From an uncultured Candidatus Actinomarina sp. (lineage in GTDB: Bacteria > Actinomycetota > Acidimicrobiia > Actinomarinales > Actinomarinaceae), in assembly GCA_902634185.1 (NCBI GenBank), contig CACPJC010000004.1, forward strand, positions 32,001-96,000: DNA of 64,000 nucleotides, read 5' to 3'. How positions within the stretch are numbered: position 1 is the stretch's first letter; each line of letters starts with the position of its first letter. This document shows, one piece after another, positions 9,931 to 19,249 of the stretch. The notes under the pieces are model-generated. The model searched no databases. It saw only the letters and a program-made list of their open reading frames with translations, and was not told the origin of the DNA. Position numbers and translations under genes: made by a program.

Positions 9931-10996
9931 ATTAATTTCAAATGACAAAAATGCTCGTGCTGGGATACTTTCTATAAATAATATTGAAGTACAGACTCCT
10001 ACATTTATGCCTGTTGCTACAAGAGGTGCAATCAAATCTACTCCTCATCAATACCTAGATAAGACCTCAATACTTCTAGCAAATGCATATCATCTTCATC
10101 TAAGACCTGGTGCGGAGTTAATAAACGATTTAGGTGGATTACATAAATTTATGAACTGGAATAAATTAATACTTACTGACTCTGGAGGTTTTCAAGCATG
10201 GTCATTACCAACCAAATTATTAGATGATGGTATTGAATTTAAAAATGTATATGATGGATCCTTTTTTAAAATGACTCCTGAAGATTCAATCAATACACAA
10301 AATCTTTTAGGGAGTGATATTGCAATGATATTTGATTATTTAATTGATTATGACAAATCAGATGGTGATCAAATGAAAGCAATTAATATAACAAGTAAGT
10401 GGGCTGAAAAAGCAAAAAGTGTGCATAAAAACAATAAACAAGAGTTGTTTGGCATTGTTCAAGGAGGTTTAAATCTTGATTTAAGAGAAACTTCAGCAAA
10501 ATCAATGATCGAATTAGATTTTGACGGATATGCAATTGGGGGATTAGCAATCGGCGAATCAAGTACTGAAAGAAAAAAGGTCGTAGAACATTTAAATTCA
10601 ATACTTCCAATAGATAAACCAAGATATGTTATGGGTTTAGGAGACACCGTAGGTTTAATTGATTTGATTGATTCTGGTGTTGACATGTTTGATTGTGTTT
10701 GGCCTGCAAGACTTGCAAGGCATGGTAAATTAATAACTCGTAATTCATACATCAATATAAAAAATCAAAAATTTAAGAATGATGAAAATCCTATAGATAA
10801 TAATTGCAAATGCTTTACGTGTTTAAATTATTCAAAAGCTTACTTACGTCACCTTTTTACAAATGAAAATACAACTTCTTGGTTATATTTAACTGTACAT
10901 AATATAATTCAAACAGAACAAATTATTGAAGAAGCTAGAGAAAGTATATTAAACTCAAGTTTTGAAAGTTTTAAAAAGGAATTTATAAATGAGTGA
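9920..10996 (+). CDS. tgt: tRNA-guanine transglycosylase
   Basis: TPTFMPV, DSGGFQ, GIVQGG and DMFDCV motifs; CxCxxC...H zinc site. Confidence 0.97.
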   Translation: MAYKLISNDKNARAGILSINNIEVQTPTFMPVATRGAIKSTPHQYLDKTSILLANAYHLHLRPGAELINDLGGLHKFMNWNKLILTDSGGFQAWSLPTKLLDDGIEFKNVYDGSFFKMTPEDSINTQNLLGSDIAMIFDYLIDYDKSDGDQMKAINITSKWAEKAKSVHKNNKQELFGIVQGGLNLDLRETSAKSMIELDFDGYAIGGLAIGESSTERKKVVEHLNSILPIDKPRYVMGLGDTVGLIDLIDSGVDMFDCVWPARLARHGKLITRNSYINIKNQKFKNDENPIDNNCKCFTCLNYSKAYLRHLFTNENTTSWLYLTVHNIIQTEQIIEEARESILNSSFESFKKEFINE

Positions 10997-11240
10997 CATA
11001 GTATCTTTATTGCCCTTAGTTTTTGTATTTGTAGTATTTTATGCAGTTTTATACTTACCTCAACGAAGACGAAATAAAAAACACAAAGAATTTGTTGAAA
11101 ACTTAAAAATCGGTGAGGATGTAATTACAGATTCAGGTATTTATGGGAGAGTTACCTCTATTAGTGATGATACAGTTACATTAGTTCTCAAAAATGGTGA
11201 AATAAAAATTAAAACATCATTTATTAACAGTATTTCATGA
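10989..11240 (+). CDS. yajC: Preprotein translocase subunit YajC
   Basis: TM segment plus PQRRR and GEDVIT.SGIYG; precedes secD. Confidence 0.93.
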   Translation: MSDIVSLLPLVFVFVVFYAVLYLPQRRRNKKHKEFVENLKIGEDVITDSGIYGRVTSISDDTVTLVLKNGEIKIKTSFINSIS

Positions 11241-12682
11241 GACGAACCTTTAAATTTCTTTTTCTACCTATCCTTGCTATTGGTTTATTTATATATGTTT
11301 ATCAATCATCTTTATCACCAAAACTTGGATTAGATTTACAAGGTGGAATCTCAGTAATACTTACAGCTGATCAGGATACTGATCCAGAAGTTTTAGAGAA
11401 GTCTGTTGAAATAATGAGAACAAGAATTGAAGCATTTGGTGACGTACAAGAACCAGAAATATCTATAAGTGGAAATAATGCTGTACTTGTTCAGCTTCCT
11501 GGCGTTACAGATCAAGAACGCGCAATTGAAGCCCTGGGAGCTACTGGCTTATTGACTTTTAGACCAGTACTAGCTTCCTCTTTTGATACTGGATATTCAC
11601 CTGCTTTTGAATATCTTCCAAATCCAGATGACCCTGAAAATCCTATTAAAGTTTCAGCACCTGGTGTTGATGAAGAAATTGGAATAACTTTAGATGATAA
11701 TCCAAATACTGAATCATACCTTTTATCTATAACATCAAGTTACCCTGTAATTTATAAATTAGGCCCAGCAGTCTTAACTGGTAATGATATTGAAGATGCA
11801 ATTGCAGCATATCCTGAGAATGAATGGATAGTTTCATTAGAATTTAAAGACTCTTCAGCAGTTAAATTTACAGATTTAACAAAACAATTAGCAAGAGAAT
11901 CTGGTGATAAAAGAAGACTAGCTATTGTCTTAGATGGTGAAATAGTATCTGCACCAGGAATAGCTTTAGACGTCAATCCTGATATTGGAATAACAGGTGG
12001 AACAGCAGCAATATCAATGGGAAATACGGATACAGGGGAATCAGCAAATAATCTTGCTGTAATTTTGAGATATGGCGCATTGCCAGTATCGTTTGAAAGA
12101 TCATCCATTCAGAAAGTTTCCGCAAGTTTAGGAGAGGACACATTAAATCTTGGGTTACAAGCCGGATTAATTGGTCTAATTATTATTTCGATAATAATTA
12201 TCCTTTATTACCGTTTTCTTGGTTTCATATCCGTATTTGGTTTATCAATGTTTGGACTCTTGTTTTATTCAGTAATTTCAGTTTTAGGCAATTTACAAGG
12301 GTTCACATTGACACTTGCAGGTATTGCTGGAATTATTGTTTCAATTGGTTTAGCTGCGGACTCTTATATTGTTACTTTTGAAAAACTAAAAGATGAAATT
12401 AAAGTTGGAAGATCTTTCGAATTTGCAGCTAATAAAGCTGTAGATGAATCATGGAAGACAATATTAACAGCTGATTTCGTTTCATTGTCTGCAGCCTTTT
12501 TACTTTATATCTTAGCTGTAGGACCAATACGTGGTTTTGCATTAGCACTTGGTATTGCAACAATTTTTGATTTATTGTTCACTCGTCTTTATACAAGAAA
12601 TGTTGTACCAATTGTTATATCAAGAATTAAAAATACTAGATTTTTGTTTCCAATTAAAAACAAGGATATAACCAATGTTTAA
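11237..12682 (+). CDS. secD: Protein translocase subunit SecD
   Basis: LGLDLQGG, VQLPG, YGALP and TLTLAGIAG motifs. Confidence 0.97.
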   Translation: MRRTFKFLFLPILAIGLFIYVYQSSLSPKLGLDLQGGISVILTADQDTDPEVLEKSVEIMRTRIEAFGDVQEPEISISGNNAVLVQLPGVTDQERAIEALGATGLLTFRPVLASSFDTGYSPAFEYLPNPDDPENPIKVSAPGVDEEIGITLDDNPNTESYLLSITSSYPVIYKLGPAVLTGNDIEDAIAAYPENEWIVSLEFKDSSAVKFTDLTKQLARESGDKRRLAIVLDGEIVSAPGIALDVNPDIGITGGTAAISMGNTDTGESANNLAVILRYGALPVSFERSSIQKVSASLGEDTLNLGLQAGLIGLIIISIIIILYYRFLGFISVFGLSMFGLLFYSVISVLGNLQGFTLTLAGIAGIIVSIGLAADSYIVTFEKLKDEIKVGRSFEFAANKAVDESWKTILTADFVSLSAAFLLYILAVGPIRGFALALGIATIFDLLFTRLYTRNVVPIVISRIKNTRFLFPIKNKDITNV

Positions 12683-13580
12683 AAACTTATTTCTAGGCAA
12701 TACAAATATCGATTTTTACAATAAACGTAACTTGCTTCAGAAAATATTTATTGTTGAAATAGTTATATTTCTAACAGTATTGATATGTGCAGCTATTGGT
12801 ATATTAAATTTGAATTTTTCAATTGATTTTACAGGTGGTACAACATATCAATTAACAAGTGAGTATTCAAAATCTGATATAGATGAAGTACTAACTAACA
12901 ACATATTAGAAGTTTCAAGATATCAAACATATGAAAATTCAGATACTGTTTTATTCAGGGCTGTTGAGGGATCACAATCCCAAGAAACTGAATTCTTAAA
13001 TTATCTTGCAAATAAGTTTAATGTCAACAGTAATGAAATCGAGTTCCAACGTGTAGGACCAACATTTGGACAAGAAATTACAACTAAGGGAATTAGAGCG
13101 CTAGTAATATTTTTATCCTTTATAGTTTTATTGATATCAATTAGATTTCAGTTTAGGTTTTCTATAGTTGCTCTAATTGCTTTGATTCATGATCTTTTAA
13201 TTTGTACAACGATTTATTTATTATTGAATTTTGAAATAACACCATCCACAGTTATTGCACTTTTAACTATTCTTGGTTATTCACTTTACGATACGGTGAT
13301 ACTTTTTGATAAATTAAGAGATAGTCAAAGAATGAATAAAGAAAGTAATTTATCTATAAAAACTTTAAACAAAACGTTTAATGAGATCTTAATGAGAAGT
13401 ATCAATACATCAATTACATCAGCTGTGCCAATAGCTTCTATATTGTTTCTCGGTAATATAATTGGTTTATCTGGAACTCTAACCGATTTTGCTTTACCTC
13501 TATTTATTGGAATAATATCTGGTACGTACAGCTCAATATTTGTAACTATTCCATTTTTATCAAGGATAATTAATAAATAA
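12675..13580 (+). CDS. secF: Protein translocase subunit SecF
   Basis: IDFTGG, VGPTFG, GYSLYDT and RSINTS motifs. Confidence 0.97.
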   Translation: MFKNLFLGNTNIDFYNKRNLLQKIFIVEIVIFLTVLICAAIGILNLNFSIDFTGGTTYQLTSEYSKSDIDEVLTNNILEVSRYQTYENSDTVLFRAVEGSQSQETEFLNYLANKFNVNSNEIEFQRVGPTFGQEITTKGIRALVIFLSFIVLLISIRFQFRFSIVALIALIHDLLICTTIYLLLNFEITPSTVIALLTILGYSLYDTVILFDKLRDSQRMNKESNLSIKTLNKTFNEILMRSINTSITSAVPIASILFLGNIIGLSGTLTDFALPLFIGIISGTYSSIFVTIPFLSRIINK

Positions 13581-13601
13581 AAAAACTAGTACCATTAATT
13601 T

Positions 13602-15761
13602 ATGGTTAAAAATCTTGATTTACTTGATGCAGATGAGCTTATTAACAACCTGTATTCTAAATTTAAAAATGATGAAGAAATACTAAAAAAAGCATATTTA
13701 TATGCGTCCGAAGGTCATTTAAATCAAAAAAGAGCTTCTGGAGAACCATATATCACTCATCCTTTACAGGTTGCTACCTATTTAGCTGATTTAAGTATGG
13801 ATATTGAAACAGTTGTATCAGCTATTTTGCATGATTTAATTGAAGATACAGATGTTACTTTTAAAGATATAAAAAAAGAATTTGGAAGTGACATAGCAAA
13901 TATAGTAGATGGTGTAACAAAATTAGATAAAATCCAATATAACTCAAATGAGGAAGCTCAGGCAGATGCAATAAGAAAAATGGTTATTGCTATGTCCAAA
14001 GATATAAGAGTTTTAATATTAAAACTTGCAGATAGACTCCACAACATACAAACTATTCAGTATTTAGCAGATTACAAACAAGAAAAAATAGCTAATGAAA
14101 CATTATATGTGTATGCTCCACTCGCACATAGGTTAGGGCTTCAAAATATAAAACACATACTTGAAGATATATCATTTAGTTTGATATTTAAAAATCAAAA
14201 TTCTGAAATAGAAAATTTAATTGAGAAAACTGCTCCTGATAGAGACAAAAATATAAATAAGTCATTAAAGGTAATTGAAGATCTTTTGTCTGCGAATTCT
14301 TTATCTGCAGAAGTTGTTGGAAGACCAAAACATAATTATTCGATATACAAAAAAATTATCAATAATGGTTTAACGTTTAATGAAATAAATGATCTCATCG
14401 GTCTCAGAATTTTAACTGATGATGTAAAAAATTGTTATACAATTCTTGGTTTAATCCACGCAAACTTTCAACCAGTACTTGGTAGATTCAAAGACTTTAT
14501 TTCAATGCCAAAATTTAATCTTTACCAGAGCTTACATACAACAGTTCTAACGGAAACAGGTCAAAAAATGGAGATACAGATAAGAACTCACGATATGCAC
14601 TATAGAGCTGAATATGGAGTAGCTGCTCATTGGAAATATAAAGAAAAGCCACAAAATGATACACAACAATGGACAAATGCATTATCGGAATTGTCAGATG
14701 AATATCCTGATCCGAATGAATTTCTAAGTCATATGAAATTAGATCTTTATGAAGATGAAGTATTTTGTTTAACACCAAAGGGAGACGTAATTACCTTACC
14801 TCAGGGGGCAACACCTGTTGATTTTGCTTTTTCAGTTCATACTCAAGTAGGAGAAAAATTAATTGGTGCAAAAATCAACGGTAAATTAGTAAATTTAAGT
14901 ACAAGGCTATCTACTGGTGATACAGTCGAGGTGCTAACAACAAATGAAAAAAATAAAGGACCAAGTCGTGACTGGTTAACATTTGTAAAGACCTCAAGAG
15001 CACGTTCTAAAATTAAGCAATGGTATCAAAAACAACTTAAGGATGAAGATATACAAAAAGGTAAGCAGATATTAAATTCCTGGTTAGAAGAAAATGATGA
15101 GATTTTTAACTATTCAAGTAAAGATAATATTTTGAATGAACTTTTAAACATTCTTAAATATCCAAATATTGAAACGATTTATCAAAATTTAGGTAATGGA
15201 AACATAAAAATAAATAATGTTGGAAACAAAATCAGAAAATTTGTATTTCCTGAAGAAATTTCTGAGGAAGAGGATATTCTATCACCAGATAAATATCAAA
15301 CAAATGATGATCAGCTTGTAATAGTAGAAGGATATGATGATATAAAAGTAAGGATGGCAAGATGTTGCGTTCCTGTTCCTGGCGATGATATATTAGGTTT
15401 CATTACGATATCAAATGGAATATCAATTCATAGATCTGATTGTCTGAACATTAAGATAGATAGCTCCAAAGGTGAAAGAATAATTGATGTTTCATGGGGA
15501 TTCAATGCACAGACTGGATCAATTGTTTGGTTAGAAATAGAAGCTATTGATAGACCTTACTTACTAAGAGATGCAACAATAGCAATATCAGACAATGGTG
15601 GCAATATCCTTGTTGCAAAATCACTTACTAATAGCAAGAGAATAGTGACTTTATTATTCCAAGTTGAAATAAGTGGAAATGAACAACTTGATTCAATAAT
15701 TAGAGATGCTAAAAATATAGAAAATGTTTTCGACGTTCAACGAGCAAATCCAGGAAACTAA
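13602..15761 (+). CDS. relA: Bifunctional (p)ppGpp synthetase/hydrolase Rel
   Basis: HD hydrolase (LHDLIED), YQSLHT and EIQIRT synthetase motifs, TGS, CC..PGD and ACT domains. Confidence 0.97.
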   Translation: MVKNLDLLDADELINNLYSKFKNDEEILKKAYLYASEGHLNQKRASGEPYITHPLQVATYLADLSMDIETVVSAILHDLIEDTDVTFKDIKKEFGSDIANIVDGVTKLDKIQYNSNEEAQADAIRKMVIAMSKDIRVLILKLADRLHNIQTIQYLADYKQEKIANETLYVYAPLAHRLGLQNIKHILEDISFSLIFKNQNSEIENLIEKTAPDRDKNINKSLKVIEDLLSANSLSAEVVGRPKHNYSIYKKIINNGLTFNEINDLIGLRILTDDVKNCYTILGLIHANFQPVLGRFKDFISMPKFNLYQSLHTTVLTETGQKMEIQIRTHDMHYRAEYGVAAHWKYKEKPQNDTQQWTNALSELSDEYPDPNEFLSHMKLDLYEDEVFCLTPKGDVITLPQGATPVDFAFSVHTQVGEKLIGAKINGKLVNLSTRLSTGDTVEVLTTNEKNKGPSRDWLTFVKTSRARSKIKQWYQKQLKDEDIQKGKQILNSWLEENDEIFNYSSKDNILNELLNILKYPNIETIYQNLGNGNIKINNVGNKIRKFVFPEEISEEEDILSPDKYQTNDDQLVIVEGYDDIKVRMARCCVPVPGDDILGFITISNGISIHRSDCLNIKIDSSKGERIIDVSWGFNAQTGSIVWLEIEAIDRPYLLRDATIAISDNGGNILVAKSLTNSKRIVTLLFQVEISGNEQLDSIIRDAKNIENVFDVQRANPGN

Positions 15762-15763
15762 GC

Positions 15764-16390
15764 GTGAATGATTTATTTGTTTTCACAAGTTTTACTACCT
15801 CTAACTGCTACATAGTTACGCCCAGTCTTTCCAATGGTATATCATACGTCATTGATTTACCACCTGATCTTGATCCTGTACTGGATTATATTAAAAAAGA
15901 AAATCTTAGTATTGGAGGAGCATTATTAACTCACGGTCATTTTGATCATGCCTTAGGTATGAATAGTTTTGATGGATCCATTTATATAGATTTGAACGAC
16001 GAACAATTAGCAAGGAACCCTGAAGAACAACTTAAATCATTTATGGGATTAAATCTTGATTCAATTACATATCAAGGTGAGTTAAATGAAGTCAAAAATT
16101 TAAATAGTAACGAATTAGTTGTGCACAGCAATCCTGGCCACACAAAGGGGAGTAGTTCATTTGAGTTTCCAAGTTTGGGAATAGTATTTACAGGTGATTT
16201 TATATTTAAAGATGGAATTGGTAGAACTGATTTATTAACTGGTGACACAAATGAGATGATCCATTCAATAAATAATGTGTTTACAGGATTTCATGATGAT
16301 TATATTCTCTATCCGGGACATGGAGATAAAGACACTGTAAAATCAATAAAAAACAACAATATTCTAGTGAGGGAATATTTGAATGATTGA
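15764..16390 (+). CDS. MBL-fold metallo-hydrolase (glyoxalase II-like)
   Basis: THGHFDH, PGHT, GD and PGHG motifs; usual position before hisS. Confidence 0.92.
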   Translation: MNDLFVFTSFTTSNCYIVTPSLSNGISYVIDLPPDLDPVLDYIKKENLSIGGALLTHGHFDHALGMNSFDGSIYIDLNDEQLARNPEEQLKSFMGLNLDSITYQGELNEVKNLNSNELVVHSNPGHTKGSSSFEFPSLGIVFTGDFIFKDGIGRTDLLTGDTNEMIHSINNVFTGFHDDYILYPGHGDKDTVKSIKNNNILVREYLND

Positions 16391-17555
16391 ACAAGTAAAA
16401 GGCACTAGAAATTTATTTGGTGCAGAATCAGAAAAATACATACATATATTTAATGCCTTTTGTGATGCTTTTGTTGATTATGGGTTTGAATTTGTTGAGT
16501 TACCCATTCTTGAACATAAAGAGTTGTTTATAAAATCTATTGGAGAGAATTCGGAAATTGTTACTAAACAAATGTATGAATTTAAAGATAAAGGTGATAG
16601 ATCACTTGTATTAAGACCTGAAGCAACTGCTAGTGTTGTGAGATTTCATAACGAGTTTTTTAAAAATGAATCAAAAAAGTATGCCTATTTTGGAAAAATG
16701 TATCGATATGAAAGTCCTCAAAAAAATCGGTATAGAGAGTTTATTCAAGCAGGAGCCGAATTAGTTGGTACGATTGATGATTTTTCAGAACTACAGATAC
16801 TGAAATCCTCAATCAATTTTTTAGAAAAATTAAATATAAATGCAAAACTTAATATAAACACTATTGGATCTATTGAAGAAAGAAAACTATATATAAAAGA
16901 ACTAGAAAATTACTTTAAAAAGAATAAAAATAATTTATCAAAAGAAAGTAATGAGAAAATTGGTAAAAATACTTTACGAATTTTGGATTCTAATGACCCT
17001 TTCGATTCAGAAATAATTGATCTTGCACCTGTAATTTATCAATATTTAGATGAAGATACGTTAGACAGATATGAAAATTTAAAACAAAACCTAAAAAATG
17101 AAAATATCGGATACGTAGAGAACTCAAAACTAGTTAGAGGACTTGATTACTACAATGACTTAACATTTGAGTTTGTTTATAAAGCTACAGTACTTGGTGG
17201 TGGTGGTAGGTATGATAAGCTAGCTGAATCTTTGAAACTAGGTAATTCTGCAGGAGTAGGTGTTGCTTTTGGTGTTGACAGAATAATTAATTGTATAAAT
17301 TATGTATCTTCTACAAAAAAGATCATGTTGATTGGTCAAAATTTTGATGATATTAAATCCGTTTCTAAAAAATTAGATAAAAGTGGAATTAAATATTTTT
17401 TACCAATAAGAAAAAGTAAAGAGAACACACAGTATAAAGAGGCTATAAAAAACAATGTCGACTATGTTATAAACTGTACTGAAAAGACCATTAAGAATCC
17501 AAAAAATAGTGAGTCATTTGAATTTAATATAGGAAACTTGAAGAAGTTAATATGA
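16383..17555 (+). CDS. hisS: Histidine--tRNA ligase
   Basis: LRPEATA, YRYESPQ, LVRGLDYY and GGGRYD motifs. Confidence 0.98.
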   Translation: MIEQVKGTRNLFGAESEKYIHIFNAFCDAFVDYGFEFVELPILEHKELFIKSIGENSEIVTKQMYEFKDKGDRSLVLRPEATASVVRFHNEFFKNESKKYAYFGKMYRYESPQKNRYREFIQAGAELVGTIDDFSELQILKSSINFLEKLNINAKLNINTIGSIEERKLYIKELENYFKKNKNNLSKESNEKIGKNTLRILDSNDPFDSEIIDLAPVIYQYLDEDTLDRYENLKQNLKNENIGYVENSKLVRGLDYYNDLTFEFVYKATVLGGGGRYDKLAESLKLGNSAGVGVAFGVDRIINCINYVSSTKKIMLIGQNFDDIKSVSKKLDKSGIKYFLPIRKSKENTQYKEAIKNNVDYVINCTEKTIKNPKNSESFEFNIGNLKKLI

Positions 17556-19249
17556 AAATAGACGACTTAATAAAATCAAAAGTAAACAGTGAAGTTTCTG
17601 ACTTAAGAGGTTGGGTAAGTAGTATTCGAGACCACGGAGGTTTAGTTTTCATTGAACTAAGAGACTCAAGTTCAAAAATACAAATCGTTTTAGATTCTGA
17701 AAATGTCGATATCGATACTTTAAAATCTGAATATTACATAAGTGTCAACGGAACATATATAAAAAGAGATAAGTCAATGATTAATAAATCTCAACAATTC
17801 GGTGAGTATGAGATTAGTGCTGACAGTTACTCAATTATCTCAAAAAGCAAACCTCTACCGTTTCAAATAGAGGACTCTATCGATACTGATGAAAATATAA
17901 GATTGAAATACAGATATTTGGATTTAAGACGAGAAGATATGAAAAGAAATATTGTTGCTCGTTCAAACACATTTAAATCCATTAGAAATTCAATGGATAG
18001 TTTATCTTTTTTAGAATTAGATACACCAACGTTAACAAAATCTACACCTGAAGGTGCGAAAGACTTTTTAGTCCCATCAAGAAAACAAAGTGGTTCATTT
18101 TATGCTTTACCCCAATCACCCCAGATGTATAAACAATTATTTATGATTTCAGGATTTAACAAATATTATCAAATTGCTAAATGCTACCGAGATGAAGATT
18201 CAAGAAAAGACAGACAACCAGAATTCACACAACTAGATTTGGAAATATTAAATGGTACACCAGATGAAGTAAGAAAAACTACTGAAACAATAGTTAAAGA
18301 ATTATTGGATAATGTATTTTCTATTAAAGTCGATGTACCTTTTCGAGATATGACTCACAAATATGCAATAGAAAACTATGGTACTGATAAGCCAGATTTA
18401 CGAATTAGAGAAACTATTGAAGATTTAAGTAATATATTTAAAAATACAGAAATTAATTTTATAAAATCATCATTAGAAAATTCAGGTTTCGTAAAGGGCT
18501 TTCATACATCAAAAATAATGACTAGATCAGAGATAGATGCTTTAGATGAGTTAGTTAAAGATAACGGAAGTAACGGTCTTGGATGGTTTAAAATTGAAAA
18601 CTCCACAGTATCGGGACCATTATCTAAAATTACAACTGACAAAGAGAATGAAGAAATACTAAAACTAGGTGATGGAATGCTCTTATTTCAATCTGGAAAT
18701 ATGGAGATATATCAAGTATTAGATGTTATTCGTCGAGAAATTTTTACTCCGGTAGATACTTACAGTTTCACTTGGATTTATGATTTTCCTTATTTTGAAG
18801 TTGAAAATGGAGAAATACAACCCTCTCATCATCCTTTCACATCACCAAAAGATACTGAGAATTTTATTGAAGATCCTAATAATGCAACAGCTCTACATTA
18901 TGATTTAGTTCTTAATGGATCAGAGTTGGGTTCAGGATCACAAAGAATTAATTCTCCAGATATCCAAAGAAAAGTATTAGAAATGTGGGGTCTTTCAGAT
19001 GATGACATTGAAAATCGTTTTGGATGGTTTATTGAAGCTTTGTCTTATGGAACACCGCAACATGCAGGAATAGCTTTAGGTATAGATAGGATTATTGCTG
19101 TGATGCTCAACGTTGATTCAATAAGAGATGTTATACCTTTTCCTAAAACACAATCTGGACTTGACCCTTTAACAAACGCGCCAACTATTATTGATGAAAA
19201 TGAATTAGAGGATTATAACCTTAAATACATTGAGGTAGCTGATGAATAG
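17552..19249 (+). CDS. aspS: Aspartate--tRNA ligase (His in RDHGG suggests non-discriminating type)
   Basis: RYLDLR, LPQSPQ, RQPEFTQ, HHPF and GIDR motifs. Confidence 0.97.
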   Translation: MKIDDLIKSKVNSEVSDLRGWVSSIRDHGGLVFIELRDSSSKIQIVLDSENVDIDTLKSEYYISVNGTYIKRDKSMINKSQQFGEYEISADSYSIISKSKPLPFQIEDSIDTDENIRLKYRYLDLRREDMKRNIVARSNTFKSIRNSMDSLSFLELDTPTLTKSTPEGAKDFLVPSRKQSGSFYALPQSPQMYKQLFMISGFNKYYQIAKCYRDEDSRKDRQPEFTQLDLEILNGTPDEVRKTTETIVKELLDNVFSIKVDVPFRDMTHKYAIENYGTDKPDLRIRETIEDLSNIFKNTEINFIKSSLENSGFVKGFHTSKIMTRSEIDALDELVKDNGSNGLGWFKIENSTVSGPLSKITTDKENEEILKLGDGMLLFQSGNMEIYQVLDVIRREIFTPVDTYSFTWIYDFPYFEVENGEIQPSHHPFTSPKDTENFIEDPNNATALHYDLVLNGSELGSGSQRINSPDIQRKVLEMWGLSDDDIENRFGWFIEALSYGTPQHAGIALGIDRIIAVMLNVDSIRDVIPFPKTQSGLDPLTNAPTIIDENELEDYNLKYIEVADE

